A stretch of DNA of 64,000 bases from an uncultured Rikenellaceae bacterium. GTDB taxonomy: Bacteria; Bacteroidota; Bacteroidia; Bacteroidales; VadinHA17. Positions within the stretch are counted from its first letter, which is position 1, and the number at the start of each line of letters is the position of its first letter. The translations under genes were made by a program, and so were the position numbers. A model generated the notes under the pieces. The model had not been told where the DNA came from, did no database searches, and saw only the letters and a list, made by a program, of their open reading frames with translations. The stretch covers positions 32,371 through 96,370 of the forward strand of contig CAZWZQ010000004.1 of the NCBI GenBank assembly GCA_964638955.1, given 5' to 3'. Shown here in pieces: positions 17,445 through 26,490 of this stretch.

Positions 17445-18485
17445 TTATATTTTGAATTTAAATAATTTAATATTTGCCAGTTTCCTGTTTTTCCTGTCCT
17501 TAATTAAAAAATCGACGACCAGCAGAAAAATTGCGACAACTGCAAAGATCTGAAACTGGTCATTATATTCTGTATACATAGTACTTTCCATCTCCTGTGT
17601 TTTCATCTTCCTGATTTCACCATATATCTCATCGAGTCCGATGTTTGAAGTACTTGCCCGCACATAGCTTCCCTGAGCGGCGACAGCAATTTTCTTGAGG
17701 ATATCTTCATCGAGTTTTGTGATTACTGAATTCCCGTTTTCATCTTTGAGATAATCTAATTTTCCTCCCGACACTATAGGTACCGGTACACCCTGAGGTG
17801 AGCCTATACCTATGGTATGAATAATAATGCCTGCCTCAGATGCCTCTTTGGCCTTAGCCACCGGATCATCCTCATGATTTTCCCCATCAGTAATGATGAT
17901 CATAGTTTTACTTTTACCCTCTCCGGGACTGAATGACCTGATTCCCAGATCTATGGCCGATCCAATTGCAGTCCCTTGTTTAGGTACCATTTGGGGACTT
18001 ATTGCTGACAGGAACATCTTTGCTGAGATATAATCGGTAGTGATGGGAATTTGTGTATAGGCATCACCTGCAAATACAATCAATCCGATTTTATCATTTT
18101 CGAGGTTATCAATGAGTCTTGTAAGAGCCTGTTTTGCTCGTGTGAGCCTGTCAGGCTGAATATCCCGTGCAAGCATTGAATTGCTCACATCAAGGGCAAT
18201 GATGACTTCTACACCCTGTTTCTTAACCTCCTCAAGCCTTGATCCGAACTGTGGTCTTACCAAAATGATTATCACTGCTGTAATAGCCAAAAGTCCCAGG
18301 AAGAATTTTAATCCCGGACGTATTCCTGACAGTTCAGGAACCAATTTTCTTACAAGGTCCTGTTCACCCAGCCGTTTAAAAGCCCGTTTCCTTCTTATAT
18401 TGTTAAATACCCATAATAATACCAGCACCGGAAGCAACAGCAACAGGTAAAGAAAATCGGGATTTGCAAATCTGAATAGCTGCAT
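17445..18485 (-). CDS. batB: BatB: von Willebrand factor A domain membrane protein
   Basis: 346 aa with two N-terminal TM helices and the VWA MIDAS motif ..ALDVSNSM... Confidence 0.8.
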   Translation of the reverse strand: MQLFRFANPDFLYLLLLLPVLVLLWVFNNIRRKRAFKRLGEQDLVRKLVPELSGIRPGLKFFLGLLAITAVIIILVRPQFGSRLEEVKKQGVEVIIALDVSNSMLARDIQPDRLTRAKQALTRLIDNLENDKIGLIVFAGDAYTQIPITTDYISAKMFLSAISPQMVPKQGTAIGSAIDLGIRSFSPGEGKSKTMIIITDGENHEDDPVAKAKEASEAGIIIHTIGIGSPQGVPVPIVSGGKLDYLKDENGNSVITKLDEDILKKIAVAAQGSYVRASTSNIGLDEIYGEIRKMKTQEMESTMYTEYNDQFQIFAVVAIFLLVVDFLIKDRKNRKLANIKLFKFKI

Positions 18486-18497
18486 ATTCTTACTGGT

Positions 18498-19490
18498 TTA
18501 TGTAAGGTTTTTAAATATAGTGAATCGTATCAGTGATTCCAATGCCAGAAGTACAAAGGCAACTATTGCGGGCATCAGGTATTTCTCCTCTTTCCTGGTA
18601 AACTGTCTCACATCGATCTTTGATTTTTCAAGCTTGTCAATTTCGGCATATACCTCAATGAGTTTATTATTATCAGTAGCTCTGAAATAACTGCCTCCGG
18701 TCTTTGATGCAATATCCTTGAGGACTGCTTCATCAATTTCAACCGGCATATTCCGGTACTGGATCCCGTATGGTGTTTGTACAGGATAGGGAGCAGTACC
18801 TCGTGTGCCGACACCTATTGTATAAACCCTCACACCGTATGTCTTTGCAATATCCGCTGCAGTTGACGGGGCTATCTCTCCCCTGTTGTTAACACCATCG
18901 GTAAGCAGGATTATTACTTTACTAACAGCGTCAGAGTCTTTTATCCTGTTTATTGCTGTAGCAAGGCCATTTCCTATTGCTGTTCCATCTTCTATCATCC
19001 CGCTCTCTATCTCTCTCATCAGGTTGACAAGAACTGCATGATCAGTAGTAAGCGGACACTGGGTGAAGCTTTCACCACTGAAAACCACCAGTCCAAGTCT
19101 GTCGTATGGCCGTCCTGAAATAAATTCGGTGGCTACATTTTTTGATGCCTCAAGTCTGTCAGGTTTAAAATCCCGGGCCAACATACTTCCTGAAATATCA
19201 AGTGCCAGCATAATATCAATACCCTCAGTAGTAACATCCTGGTATCTGTCGGTTTTTTGAGGACGTGCTAGAACAATAATAAGAAGTGATACTGCTATCA
19301 TTCTGAGGGCAAAAAGAAAATGCCGCAGATAATTCCGGAAGGTACTCTGTGTTTCATTAAAGGGCTGAAGCCCCGGCATACTGAAGGCAGCAATACTCTT
19401 GTGCTGTTTCAGGATATAATAAGCTATCATTCCCGGAATAATGACCAGAAGCCATAGAAACAATGGTTCAGCATATGTTATTCCTGTCAT
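18498..19490 (-). CDS. batA: BatA: von Willebrand factor A domain membrane protein
   Basis: 330 aa with the VWA MIDAS motif ..ALDISGSM.. and N- and C-terminal TM helices. Confidence 0.8.
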   Translation of the reverse strand: MTGITYAEPLFLWLLVIIPGMIAYYILKQHKSIAAFSMPGLQPFNETQSTFRNYLRHFLFALRMIAVSLLIIVLARPQKTDRYQDVTTEGIDIMLALDISGSMLARDFKPDRLEASKNVATEFISGRPYDRLGLVVFSGESFTQCPLTTDHAVLVNLMREIESGMIEDGTAIGNGLATAINRIKDSDAVSKVIILLTDGVNNRGEIAPSTAADIAKTYGVRVYTIGVGTRGTAPYPVQTPYGIQYRNMPVEIDEAVLKDIASKTGGSYFRATDNNKLIEVYAEIDKLEKSKIDVRQFTRKEEKYLMPAIVAFVLLALESLIRFTIFKNLT

Positions 19491-20467
19491 GATATATTAT
19501 TTTTTATTTTGTCAGTTAATACTGAATTGGCAACCTCTGCCTTTTGCATTGTTGCTTCAACAAATGCCCATGAGTTTTGAAAATGGACATCATTTTCAAC
19601 CGGATCGGGTTTGTATTTGGCAAACTTTACAAGGTCGGAACCGTCAAGTATGGTCTTAAGGCTTGAAAACAAACCATTCTTCTTAAAACCTGTTTTCAGC
19701 AAGGCCTCAAGTGTTTCAGAAGTTGTCATTTCAAGTGAGAATACTCCATACCTGTTCTCAAGGTATTGACGGAGTATTTCTGTAAGTCTTGAATAATATA
19801 ATTTTACCTCACCTTTCTGCCACAGTTGTTCCTCGCTCAATTTCTCGAGATCACGGAATGCTATAACATGTGCAGGATCAGGATTTATTATAACTTCGGG
19901 CTCTGTTTTTGTCTTCCTGTATTTTTTCAGGAGCCTTATTATTCCCCATATTGCTGCAGCAATAACAGTTGCAAGAAGTATCCAGGGCAGTATCTCACCC
20001 AGGGTAACAGACGCGCCGTAAGGTTCAACGATATCAAAGATCTTTGCACTATCAGGAGGTGTTATATTCACTCTCATCACTTTGAGAGGCGAATAGTCGG
20101 AATAAAACCGCTTGATACCAGTTTCGCTTTTTAGTTCCGCATAAACCGGGGGCACTTCATAAAATCCTGAGTCAAATGATGTTACAAGGTATCTGTTTAC
20201 TGTTTTCAAACGGTTATTTTCAACCTTCATACTGTCAGTAAAAGGACCTGATACTATTTCTATATTCCGGCAAAGAGTATCTTTAAAGAACTGAAGATTT
20301 AGTTCAACGTCAGCAGGCTGATTTACAGTAACCGTATAATTGATCTGATCGCCAATGTAAATGCTTGAACTGTCGAAAGCAGCAGTAACCTTTATTTCCT
20401 GCGCTTCTGAGGCTACAAAAAATCCGGCTATCAAACAAAGCGATATGACTGATCTTTTCCTTTTCAC
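19487..20467 (-). CDS. Bat-operon membrane protein with a BatD-like N-domain and a DUF4381-like TM/cytoplasmic part
   Basis: 326 aa. After the signal peptide, the N-domain (..EIKVTAAFDSSSIYIGDQINYTVTVNQ..) resembles the BatD start (..DIKVEAEYPSVVEAGQQFSVSWTVN..). It has a central TM helix. It overlaps both neighbouring genes by 4 nt. Confidence 0.55.
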   Translation of the reverse strand: MKRKRSVISLCLIAGFFVASEAQEIKVTAAFDSSSIYIGDQINYTVTVNQPADVELNLQFFKDTLCRNIEIVSGPFTDSMKVENNRLKTVNRYLVTSFDSGFYEVPPVYAELKSETGIKRFYSDYSPLKVMRVNITPPDSAKIFDIVEPYGASVTLGEILPWILLATVIAAAIWGIIRLLKKYRKTKTEPEVIINPDPAHVIAFRDLEKLSEEQLWQKGEVKLYYSRLTEILRQYLENRYGVFSLEMTTSETLEALLKTGFKKNGLFSSLKTILDGSDLVKFAKYKPDPVENDVHFQNSWAFVEATMQKAEVANSVLTDKIKNNIS

Positions 20468-21327
20468 CTGCTCTCAAACAATTTTATAAGTGGTTTAACA
20501 TAGTCCTCCCCTGTGCTTATTTGTGCAGCATCGACTCCACATCGGGTTAACACATTGTTAAATACTTTAAGGTGATCCTCCCACCAGTTTTTATAGGCAT
20601 TCCTGGCACTGAGCGAAGATGTATCTATCCATTTTTCACCTCCTGTCTCCGAATCCGATATTTTGATCAGACCTGCATCGGGTAAAGCTGTTTCAAGAGG
20701 GTCATAGACCTTAATGGCTACAATATCATGTTTGTTTGATGCAATACGTAATGCTTCCTCAAAATCGGGTGCAATAAAATCGGAGATGATAAATGCCGTA
20801 CATCTTTTTTTTATGGCATTGGTCAGGAAACGCAGGGGTTCATCGAGATCGGTTTTTTTATTCTCTGATTTAAAACCCAGTAACTCTCTTATGATCCGAA
20901 GAATGTGCTTTCTTCCTTTTTGCGGCGGAATGAATTTCTCAACCTTGTCGGTAAAAAAGATCACTCCGATTTTATCGTTATTAAATATTGCTGAGAAAGA
21001 TAGCACTGCAGCAACTTCAGTCATAATATCCCTTTTAAAGCTGACTGTAGTTCCGAAGCTTCCTGAGCCGCTTACATCAATAAGGAGCATTACTGTCAGT
21101 TCTCGTTCCTCCTCAAAAATTTTTATATATGGATGGTTAAAGCGGGCTGTTACATTCCAGTCTATGCTTCTTATATCATCACCATACTGGTATTCCCGTA
21201 CTTCACTGAAGGCAATACCTCTTCCTTTAAATGCACTATGATATTCACCTGCAAAAATATGCCGGGTCAATCCCCTGGCTTTTATTTCAATCCTCCGTAC
21301 TTTCTTCAGCAAGTCTGTTTCTTCCAC
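20464..21327 (-). CDS. DUF58 protein (MoxR-associated, VWA-like)
   Basis: 287 aa in the canonical position after MoxR. It has a ..LLIDVSGSG.. MIDAS-like motif. Confidence 0.8.
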   Translation of the reverse strand: MEETDLLKKVRRIEIKARGLTRHIFAGEYHSAFKGRGIAFSEVREYQYGDDIRSIDWNVTARFNHPYIKIFEEERELTVMLLIDVSGSGSFGTTVSFKRDIMTEVAAVLSFSAIFNNDKIGVIFFTDKVEKFIPPQKGRKHILRIIRELLGFKSENKKTDLDEPLRFLTNAIKKRCTAFIISDFIAPDFEEALRIASNKHDIVAIKVYDPLETALPDAGLIKISDSETGGEKWIDTSSLSARNAYKNWWEDHLKVFNNVLTRCGVDAAQISTGEDYVKPLIKLFESR

Positions 21328-21391
21328 TTCAGTATTGTTTTAAAAATTCAAGGATCGTTTTTATTTTCGGTGCCCAATACCCCTTCCTTTC

Positions 21392-22387
21392 CTAGGGAAC
21401 TTCAACTACATTCAGGATCTCTGATATTATCTTATCCTGATTAATATTTTCAGCTTCAGCTTCATAGGTTAGTCCCATTCTGTGACGCATCACATCCGGA
21501 CATACTGCCCTGATATCTTCAGGAATGACATAACCTCTCCGGCGAATAAAAGCAAATGCTTTTGCAGCAAGCGCAAGGTATATCGAAGCACGCGGCGATG
21601 CACCATACGAGATCATATTGGTAAATGCAGGCAGTCCGTATTTTTCAGGATTCCTGCTTGCAAATACAATATTGAGAATGTAGTTTTCAATCTTTTCATC
21701 CATATAAACCTCTCTTACAATATCTCTTGCCCTTATAATATCAGCGGGTTTGAGAACTGTGCTTGCTTTTGGGAATTCGCTGGCCAGGTTTTCCCTGATA
21801 ATAAGTTTTTCTTCATCCATAGAAGGGTAATCTATCAGGACCTTCAGCATAAACCTGTCAACCTGTGCTTCAGGCAGAGGATATGTTCCCTCCTGCTCTA
21901 TCGGGTTTTGCGTTGCAAGGACCAGAAATGGTTCATCGAGCTTAAATGTTGTTTCACCTATTGTTATTTGTCTCTCCTGCATTGCTTCGAGAAGTGCGCT
22001 CTGAACCTTAGCCGGAGACCGGTTTATTTCATCCGCGAGGATAAAGTTTGCGAAAACAGGTCCTTTTTTGACGGTAAATTCCTCCTTCTTCTGGCTGTAA
22101 ATCATCGTGCCTATCAGGTCAGCAGGAAGAAGATCGGGTGTGAACTGGATCCTGCTGAATTTTGCCTCAATGATTGAGGCAAGTGACCTTATTGCAAGTG
22201 TTTTTGCCAGCCCGGGAACCCCTTCCAGGAGAATATGCCCATTTGCAAGTAACCCTATCATCAGGCTGTCGGTAAGATGTTTCTGGCCCACAATAACCTT
22301 ATTCATCTCCATCCTGATCATATCTACAAAAGCACTCTCTTTTTCGATCTTTTCATTGAGTATTCTAATGTCAGTCGTTTGTTCCAT
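21392..22387 (-). CDS. moxR: MoxR-family AAA+ ATPase
   Basis: 331 aa with Walker A ..LLEGVPGLAKT.. and Walker B ..ILADEINR... It is the first gene of the Bat operon. Confidence 0.9.
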   Translation of the reverse strand: MEQTTDIRILNEKIEKESAFVDMIRMEMNKVIVGQKHLTDSLMIGLLANGHILLEGVPGLAKTLAIRSLASIIEAKFSRIQFTPDLLPADLIGTMIYSQKKEEFTVKKGPVFANFILADEINRSPAKVQSALLEAMQERQITIGETTFKLDEPFLVLATQNPIEQEGTYPLPEAQVDRFMLKVLIDYPSMDEEKLIIRENLASEFPKASTVLKPADIIRARDIVREVYMDEKIENYILNIVFASRNPEKYGLPAFTNMISYGASPRASIYLALAAKAFAFIRRRGYVIPEDIRAVCPDVMRHRMGLTYEAEAENINQDKIISEILNVVEVP

Positions 22388-22437
22388 GGTTTGAGTATTT
22401 TTATATAGCTAAGATAATAAAACAGATGTGATTCGAA

Positions 22438-22457
22438 TTTCAGAATTTCTTCTGAAA
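22438..22457. terminator. perfect 8-bp hairpin between DUF4105 and moxR
   Basis: TTTCAGAA-tttc-TTCTGAAA in the 120-bp gap. It plausibly ends the DUF4105 transcript before the Bat promoter. Confidence 0.4.
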
Positions 22458-22508
22458 CAGTTGATCACAAAAAAAATAATCTAATTAATAAAGAGGTGTT
22501 AAGGAAAG

Positions 22509-23774
22509 TTAAAGTTCTGTTAAATCCATCGACAGCGGATTCCAGCTGAATCTGGCTCTTATCGAACATCGTATGATAAGAAGCAATTCGAGAGGAATAA
22601 AGGCATTATTGAATGCATTGGGAAACACTATCTGAACGATGAATGCTATAAGGGCAAGAAAGAATACTATTCTGAACCAGATGTGCCACTCTTTTTTGAA
22701 TATAATGCTTATCAGACACATTAAAATAAAAGGATTAAGCCATATAATATTAAGGTTCCATTTCATCTGCTGATGATCGGTAAAAAAATTAAAAAATATC
22801 ATCATCAGTGCCAGGAGTGAATAGATCGAAAAAACTACCAGGTCAACAATCGTGTTAGGTGTAAAACCCCTGACAGCAGAAGAAAAAAGGATAATCCCTA
22901 TCAGCAGAATAGAAAAGATAAAGAGAGGTGTGGAATAGAATACATGTCTAATTTTTGGCGGATCAAACTGCAGGATAGTTACAGGATTCTGGAGCAAGGG
23001 GATCATCTTTCCGTTACGGTTAATAACAGCTTTTGATAATCCTTCCTGCAGATCGATCGGCAGGAACATCCTGTCCCTGTATGAAGCTTTCTTATCACCG
23101 GGAGTTCCCATAAGCAGATCGACACCCAGTTGCAGCCATGGATAGGGTCTCTGGTAATTACCAACTTTTTCCCTGAAGGTCGGGATGTCTTTTATCACTT
23201 CCGGGGGATAACGAAGTTTGCCGCCAATAGCTTTCTCCAGGAGATCCCTTATTCGTGTGGAGCAATCATCATAAAAGAAATCGTACCTGTATTTTATATT
23301 CTCTGGTTTAAGGTTTTCTTTTAACAGGGCAAAAAGAGTATTAATTTCTTCCGGTTCCAGGTTTATTTTTTGCTGATACACTGACCGTTCTTCGTAAAAA
23401 TAATCCTCAAGAAACCTGTTAAATGGATAAACTCCAAGCATATATTCCAGGCGGCCCTTTGCAAATTTCCATGCAAAATTAGGTGTTGCAAAATCGAAGA
23501 CACCCCAGTTATAGGCAAGGTCGCTCTCCTCTTCAGAAATAATTATTCTTAAAGCGCTATGACCGTAGATAGAATAGGTTTCCGTACCCGGAGCACAGGT
23601 AATCAGGAAAACCTCAGCATCAGGTGCTTTTTGAGATGAGAGATTCAAACACCATGACACCAGTATTGTTATTATTATGAGACCCTTTTTGATCATTGTA
23701 AAACAATAAAACACGAAAATGCAAATAAGAATGCAATTAGCAGCTAAATCCGCCGATTTTTTTTCAAATTGCAT
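22509..23774 (-). CDS. DUF4105 (Lnb N-terminal periplasmic domain) membrane protein
   Basis: It has the motif ..TETYSIYGHSALRII.., typical of DUF4105, and a C-terminal multi-TM region. The real start is probably M27 at 23696. Confidence 0.65.
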   Translation of the reverse strand: MQFEKKSADLAANCILICIFVFYCFTMIKKGLIIITILVSWCLNLSSQKAPDAEVFLITCAPGTETYSIYGHSALRIIISEEESDLAYNWGVFDFATPNFAWKFAKGRLEYMLGVYPFNRFLEDYFYEERSVYQQKINLEPEEINTLFALLKENLKPENIKYRYDFFYDDCSTRIRDLLEKAIGGKLRYPPEVIKDIPTFREKVGNYQRPYPWLQLGVDLLMGTPGDKKASYRDRMFLPIDLQEGLSKAVINRNGKMIPLLQNPVTILQFDPPKIRHVFYSTPLFIFSILLIGIILFSSAVRGFTPNTIVDLVVFSIYSLLALMMIFFNFFTDHQQMKWNLNIIWLNPFILMCLISIIFKKEWHIWFRIVFFLALIAFIVQIVFPNAFNNAFIPLELLLIIRCSIRARFSWNPLSMDLTEL

Positions 23775-23813
23775 ATTAGTTTTAATTTTGGAAAGGAATT
23801 TTAAAATAAGACG

Positions 23814-24629
23814 ATGAACCTACAGGAACTGGAAGGTATAAATCCGGTATTACTTGCCCTTTTTGCAACATTGTTTACATGGGCTCTGACTGCTCTTGGA
23901 GCAGCAATGGTCTTTTTCTTCAAAAGCATCAACAGAAAGGTATTAAACTCAATGCTTGGTTTTGCTGCAGGGATCATGATAGCTGCCAGTTTCTGGTCTC
24001 TGTTAATGCCGGCCATTGAAATGGCTGAAGCTGACAATATCACTCCGTGGATACCTGCAGTTATCGGATTCCTTGCCGGAGGTGTATTTTTATACCTGAT
24101 AGACAGAATTTTACCTCACCTTCACCTGGGATTGTCAATCGATAAGGCAGAGGGAATAAAAACATCATGGCAGAGAAGTGTTTTGCTTGTTCTTGCAATA
24201 ACGCTGCATAATATTCCCGAGGGACTTGCGGTAGGAGTTGCATTTGGAGCATTGGCAATTAATCCGGATCCAGGCATCCTGTCAGGGGCAGTTATTCTGG
24301 CCATCGGGATAGGTATTCAGAACTTTCCTGAAGGCGCCGCTGTTTCAATCCCACTGAGAAGGGAAGGATTTACAAGGAGGAAATCATTCTTCTATGGACA
24401 ATTGTCGGGTTTCGTTGAACCCATGGCAGGTGTTCTTGGTGCATTTGCAGTTCTTATGATTAAACCGATGCTTCCCTATGCCCTTTCATTTGCAGCAGGC
24501 GCAATGATATTTGTGGTTGTGGAGGAACTTATCCCGGAATCGCAAAATGGGCACGAAACAGACCTCTCGACAATAGGTGCAATGTTCGGCTTTGCAGTAA
24601 TGATGCTGCTCGACGTAGCACTGGGGTAA
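23814..24629 (+). CDS. ZIP-family divalent metal (zinc) transporter
   Basis: 271 aa with the paired motifs ..HNIPEGLAVG.. and ..QNFPEGAAVS.. of ZupT/GufA-type ZIP proteins. Confidence 0.85.
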   Translation: MNLQELEGINPVLLALFATLFTWALTALGAAMVFFFKSINRKVLNSMLGFAAGIMIAASFWSLLMPAIEMAEADNITPWIPAVIGFLAGGVFLYLIDRILPHLHLGLSIDKAEGIKTSWQRSVLLVLAITLHNIPEGLAVGVAFGALAINPDPGILSGAVILAIGIGIQNFPEGAAVSIPLRREGFTRRKSFFYGQLSGFVEPMAGVLGAFAVLMIKPMLPYALSFAAGAMIFVVVEELIPESQNGHETDLSTIGAMFGFAVMMLLDVALG

Positions 24630-24633
24630 TGAT

Positions 24634-24789
24634 ATGATTAAAATATATGAGCAGATGACAGACAGGTACGATACTTTCTGGACTGAGGAGCGGATGGACA
24701 GTGTGATAAAAGCCGCAAAAGAGATCATACAGTACGGCTTAACAGAGGAGGATTTCTTCTTGCCTGCTAATAAACGGCAGGATGGATAA
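24634..24789 (+). CDS. small hypothetical protein (51 aa), below the ORF-track cutoff
   Basis: My translation is MIKIYEQMTDRYDTFWTEERMDSVIKAAKEIIQYGLTEEDFFLPANKRQDG*. It fills the gap between the ZIP gene and the M50 protease, and its end overlaps the protease start (24782) by 8 nt. Confidence 0.4.
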   Translation: MIKIYEQMTDRYDTFWTEERMDSVIKAAKEIIQYGLTEEDFFLPANKRQDG

Positions 24790-25429
24790 TCTTGATATCT
24801 TCAGGACATTAAAGTTTCTGCCAGGTATAATCCTGGGACTCACAATTCATGAGTTCAGCCATGCTTATATTGCACACAGGTGTGGTGATTCAACATCAAA
24901 GGATCAGGGAAGAGTATCGCTGAATCCCCTTAAACATATTGACCCTATTGGATTTATCATGCTTCTGGTTGCAGGATTCGGATGGGCTAAACCTGTTGAA
25001 TTCAATGAGAGCAAACTGAGAAATCCAAAACGGGATGTTTATAAGATAGCAGTTGCCGGACCGGTTTCAAATGCATTTCTGGCAATGATTCTTTCAGCCT
25101 TATTTGTTATTCTCAAACAACTGGAGCCTTCTGGTTTTTATGAAGGCAAGTATTTAATTACAGAACTGTTTGTCTATGCAATATATATTAACTGGGGGCT
25201 TTTCATATTCAACCTTATACCTATACCCCCGCTTGACGGCTCACACCTGTTGTTAGGTTCTTTTAAGAAATTTCCTGCTCTATATACTGCTCTTTATAAA
25301 TATGGAACACTTGTTTTGTTCGGACTTCTTATAGCTTCGGCTATAACAAAACTGAACCTTCTGCCTATATGGCCCGTGATAGAGTTCCTGGGAAAAGGAT
25401 TTCTTTCACTTCTTGGTTACCATTTATAG
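24782..25429 (+). CDS. site-2 protease family (peptidase M50) membrane metalloprotease
   Basis: 215 aa with the HExxH motif ..HEFSHAYIA.. inside a TM helix and a later ..PIPPLDGSH.. motif. Confidence 0.8.
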   Translation: MDNLDIFRTLKFLPGIILGLTIHEFSHAYIAHRCGDSTSKDQGRVSLNPLKHIDPIGFIMLLVAGFGWAKPVEFNESKLRNPKRDVYKIAVAGPVSNAFLAMILSALFVILKQLEPSGFYEGKYLITELFVYAIYINWGLFIFNLIPIPPLDGSHLLLGSFKKFPALYTALYKYGTLVLFGLLIASAITKLNLLPIWPVIEFLGKGFLSLLGYHL

Positions 25430-25482
25430 ACAAAAAACTAACTTTTATTATCCGGAGCCTATTTTGATATTTGCCATAAATT

Positions 25483-26199
25483 TTGTATATTGCAGGAAAT
25501 AAGCATGTTGTGAAAACTATTCTGCTTCTACAGATAATCATTATGACAGGTTGCTTTGTTCCTCAGGCAGATAAGTATGAAACCCTGAGACAAAAAATGG
25601 TTGAAAGCCAGATCCGTAACAGGGGAATTAATAACAAGGCTGTACTTGACGCAATGAAAACGGTACCGAGACACCTGTTTATTCCTGAGAATTACAGGGA
25701 TGAAGCCTATAATGATTATCCGCTGCCAATAGGCTACGGACAGACCATCTCTCAGCCATATATTGTAGCATATATGACGGAAGCTGTCAAACCAACAAGT
25801 AAGAAAAAGGTATTGGAAATCGGAACCGGTTCGGGATACCAGGCAGCAATCCTGGCTGAGATTGTAGATAAAGTGTATACAATTGAAATTGTACCCGAAC
25901 TGGCAAAAGAATCGGCGGAACGGCTAAAGAATATGGGCTATAACAATGTTATCTGCAAGTATGGAGATGGTTACCGGGGTTGGCCTGAATATGCTCCTTT
26001 TGATATAATCGTCGTAACTGCTGCGCCGGAAAAGATACCTCAACCGCTTATTGATCAGCTTGCAGAAGGCGGAAGACTGATAATTCCTGTTGGCGCCCCG
26101 GGTGCAGTGCAAGAGCTGGTATTGCTGATAAAAAAGAATGGCAAAACTGAAACAAGGCGCCTGAGTTTTGTAAGGTTCGTTCCATTTAAGCGCCTTTAA
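25483..26199 (+). CDS. pcm: protein-L-isoaspartate O-methyltransferase with an N-terminal signal/lipoprotein-like extension
   Basis: It has the SAM motif ..VLEIGTGSGYQAAILA.. and ..GYGQTISQPYIVAYM... The start codon is uncertain: the track uses TTG, and the N-terminus reads ..IIIMTGCF... Confidence 0.85.
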   Translation: MYIAGNKHVVKTILLLQIIIMTGCFVPQADKYETLRQKMVESQIRNRGINNKAVLDAMKTVPRHLFIPENYRDEAYNDYPLPIGYGQTISQPYIVAYMTEAVKPTSKKKVLEIGTGSGYQAAILAEIVDKVYTIEIVPELAKESAERLKNMGYNNVICKYGDGYRGWPEYAPFDIIVVTAAPEKIPQPLIDQLAEGGRLIIPVGAPGAVQELVLLIKKNGKTETRRLSFVRFVPFKRL

Positions 26200-26220
26200 C
26201 ATTTCACATTATACTTACTA

Positions 26221-26276
26221 TTTTAACTTGAAGAGACAGCCTTAAAGCTGTCTCTTCCCGTGATTCCGGCGCGATT
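26221..26276. repeat. 56-bp direct repeat, copy 1: a terminator hairpin plus the last 16 nt of tRNA-Arg
   Basis: It is identical to 26435-26490 (offset 214 bp): ttttaacttgaagagacagccttaaagctgtctcttcccgtgattccggcgcgatt. Confidence 0.9.
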
Positions 26277-26434
26277 GCTCGCTACGCACAAGCAAACGCG
26301 CCTATCCTGCTCGCGAGCTCGTCGCATCGCCCGCTATAGCCTTTGGCGACAGTGGGCTTCACTCCTCGGTTCGAACTTCCCTACCCTTCGCGTTCTCGTC
26401 GCTCCTGGTAAACTTTTTACTTTTTACTTTTTAC
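26277..26434. other. GC-rich (~60%) insert between the two repeat copies, ending in a (TTTTTAC)n tandem run
   Basis: It contrasts sharply with the ~40% GC surroundings. It contains the palindrome GCTCGCGAGC and the internal direct repeat GCGACGAG-nn-CGCGA (read on the minus strand). A 7-mer tandem repeat lies at 26411-26441. There is no convincing ORF. Confidence 0.6.
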
Positions 26435-26490
26435 TTTTAACTTGAAGAGACAGCCTTAAAGCTGTCTCTTCCCGTGATTCCGGCGCGATT
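26435..26490. repeat. 56-bp direct repeat, copy 2, overlapping the genuine tRNA-Arg 3' end
   Basis: See copy 1. The hairpin GAAGAGACAGC-cttaaa-GCTGTCTCTTC lies at 26444-26471. Confidence 0.9.

Noticed and set aside
20714-22177. Long plus-strand ORFs (175 and 231 aa) inside the DUF58 and moxR genes
   Set aside because: The opposite strand carries unambiguous Walker A/B and DUF58 motifs. The plus-strand products are Cys/Arg/Phe-rich with no recognisable domain.
26411-26441. (TTTTTAC)n run considered as a CRISPR or other array
   Set aside because: It is a simple 7-nt tandem repeat of about 4 units with no spacers, and no cas genes are present.
26260-26445. 61-aa ORF (MIPARLLATHKQTRLSCSRARR...) inside the GC-rich insert next to tRNA-Arg
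   Set aside because: The Arg/Ala/Leu-rich composition is what high-GC non-coding DNA yields. The ORF starts inside the duplicated tRNA 3' end and runs into the TTTTTAC tandem repeat.
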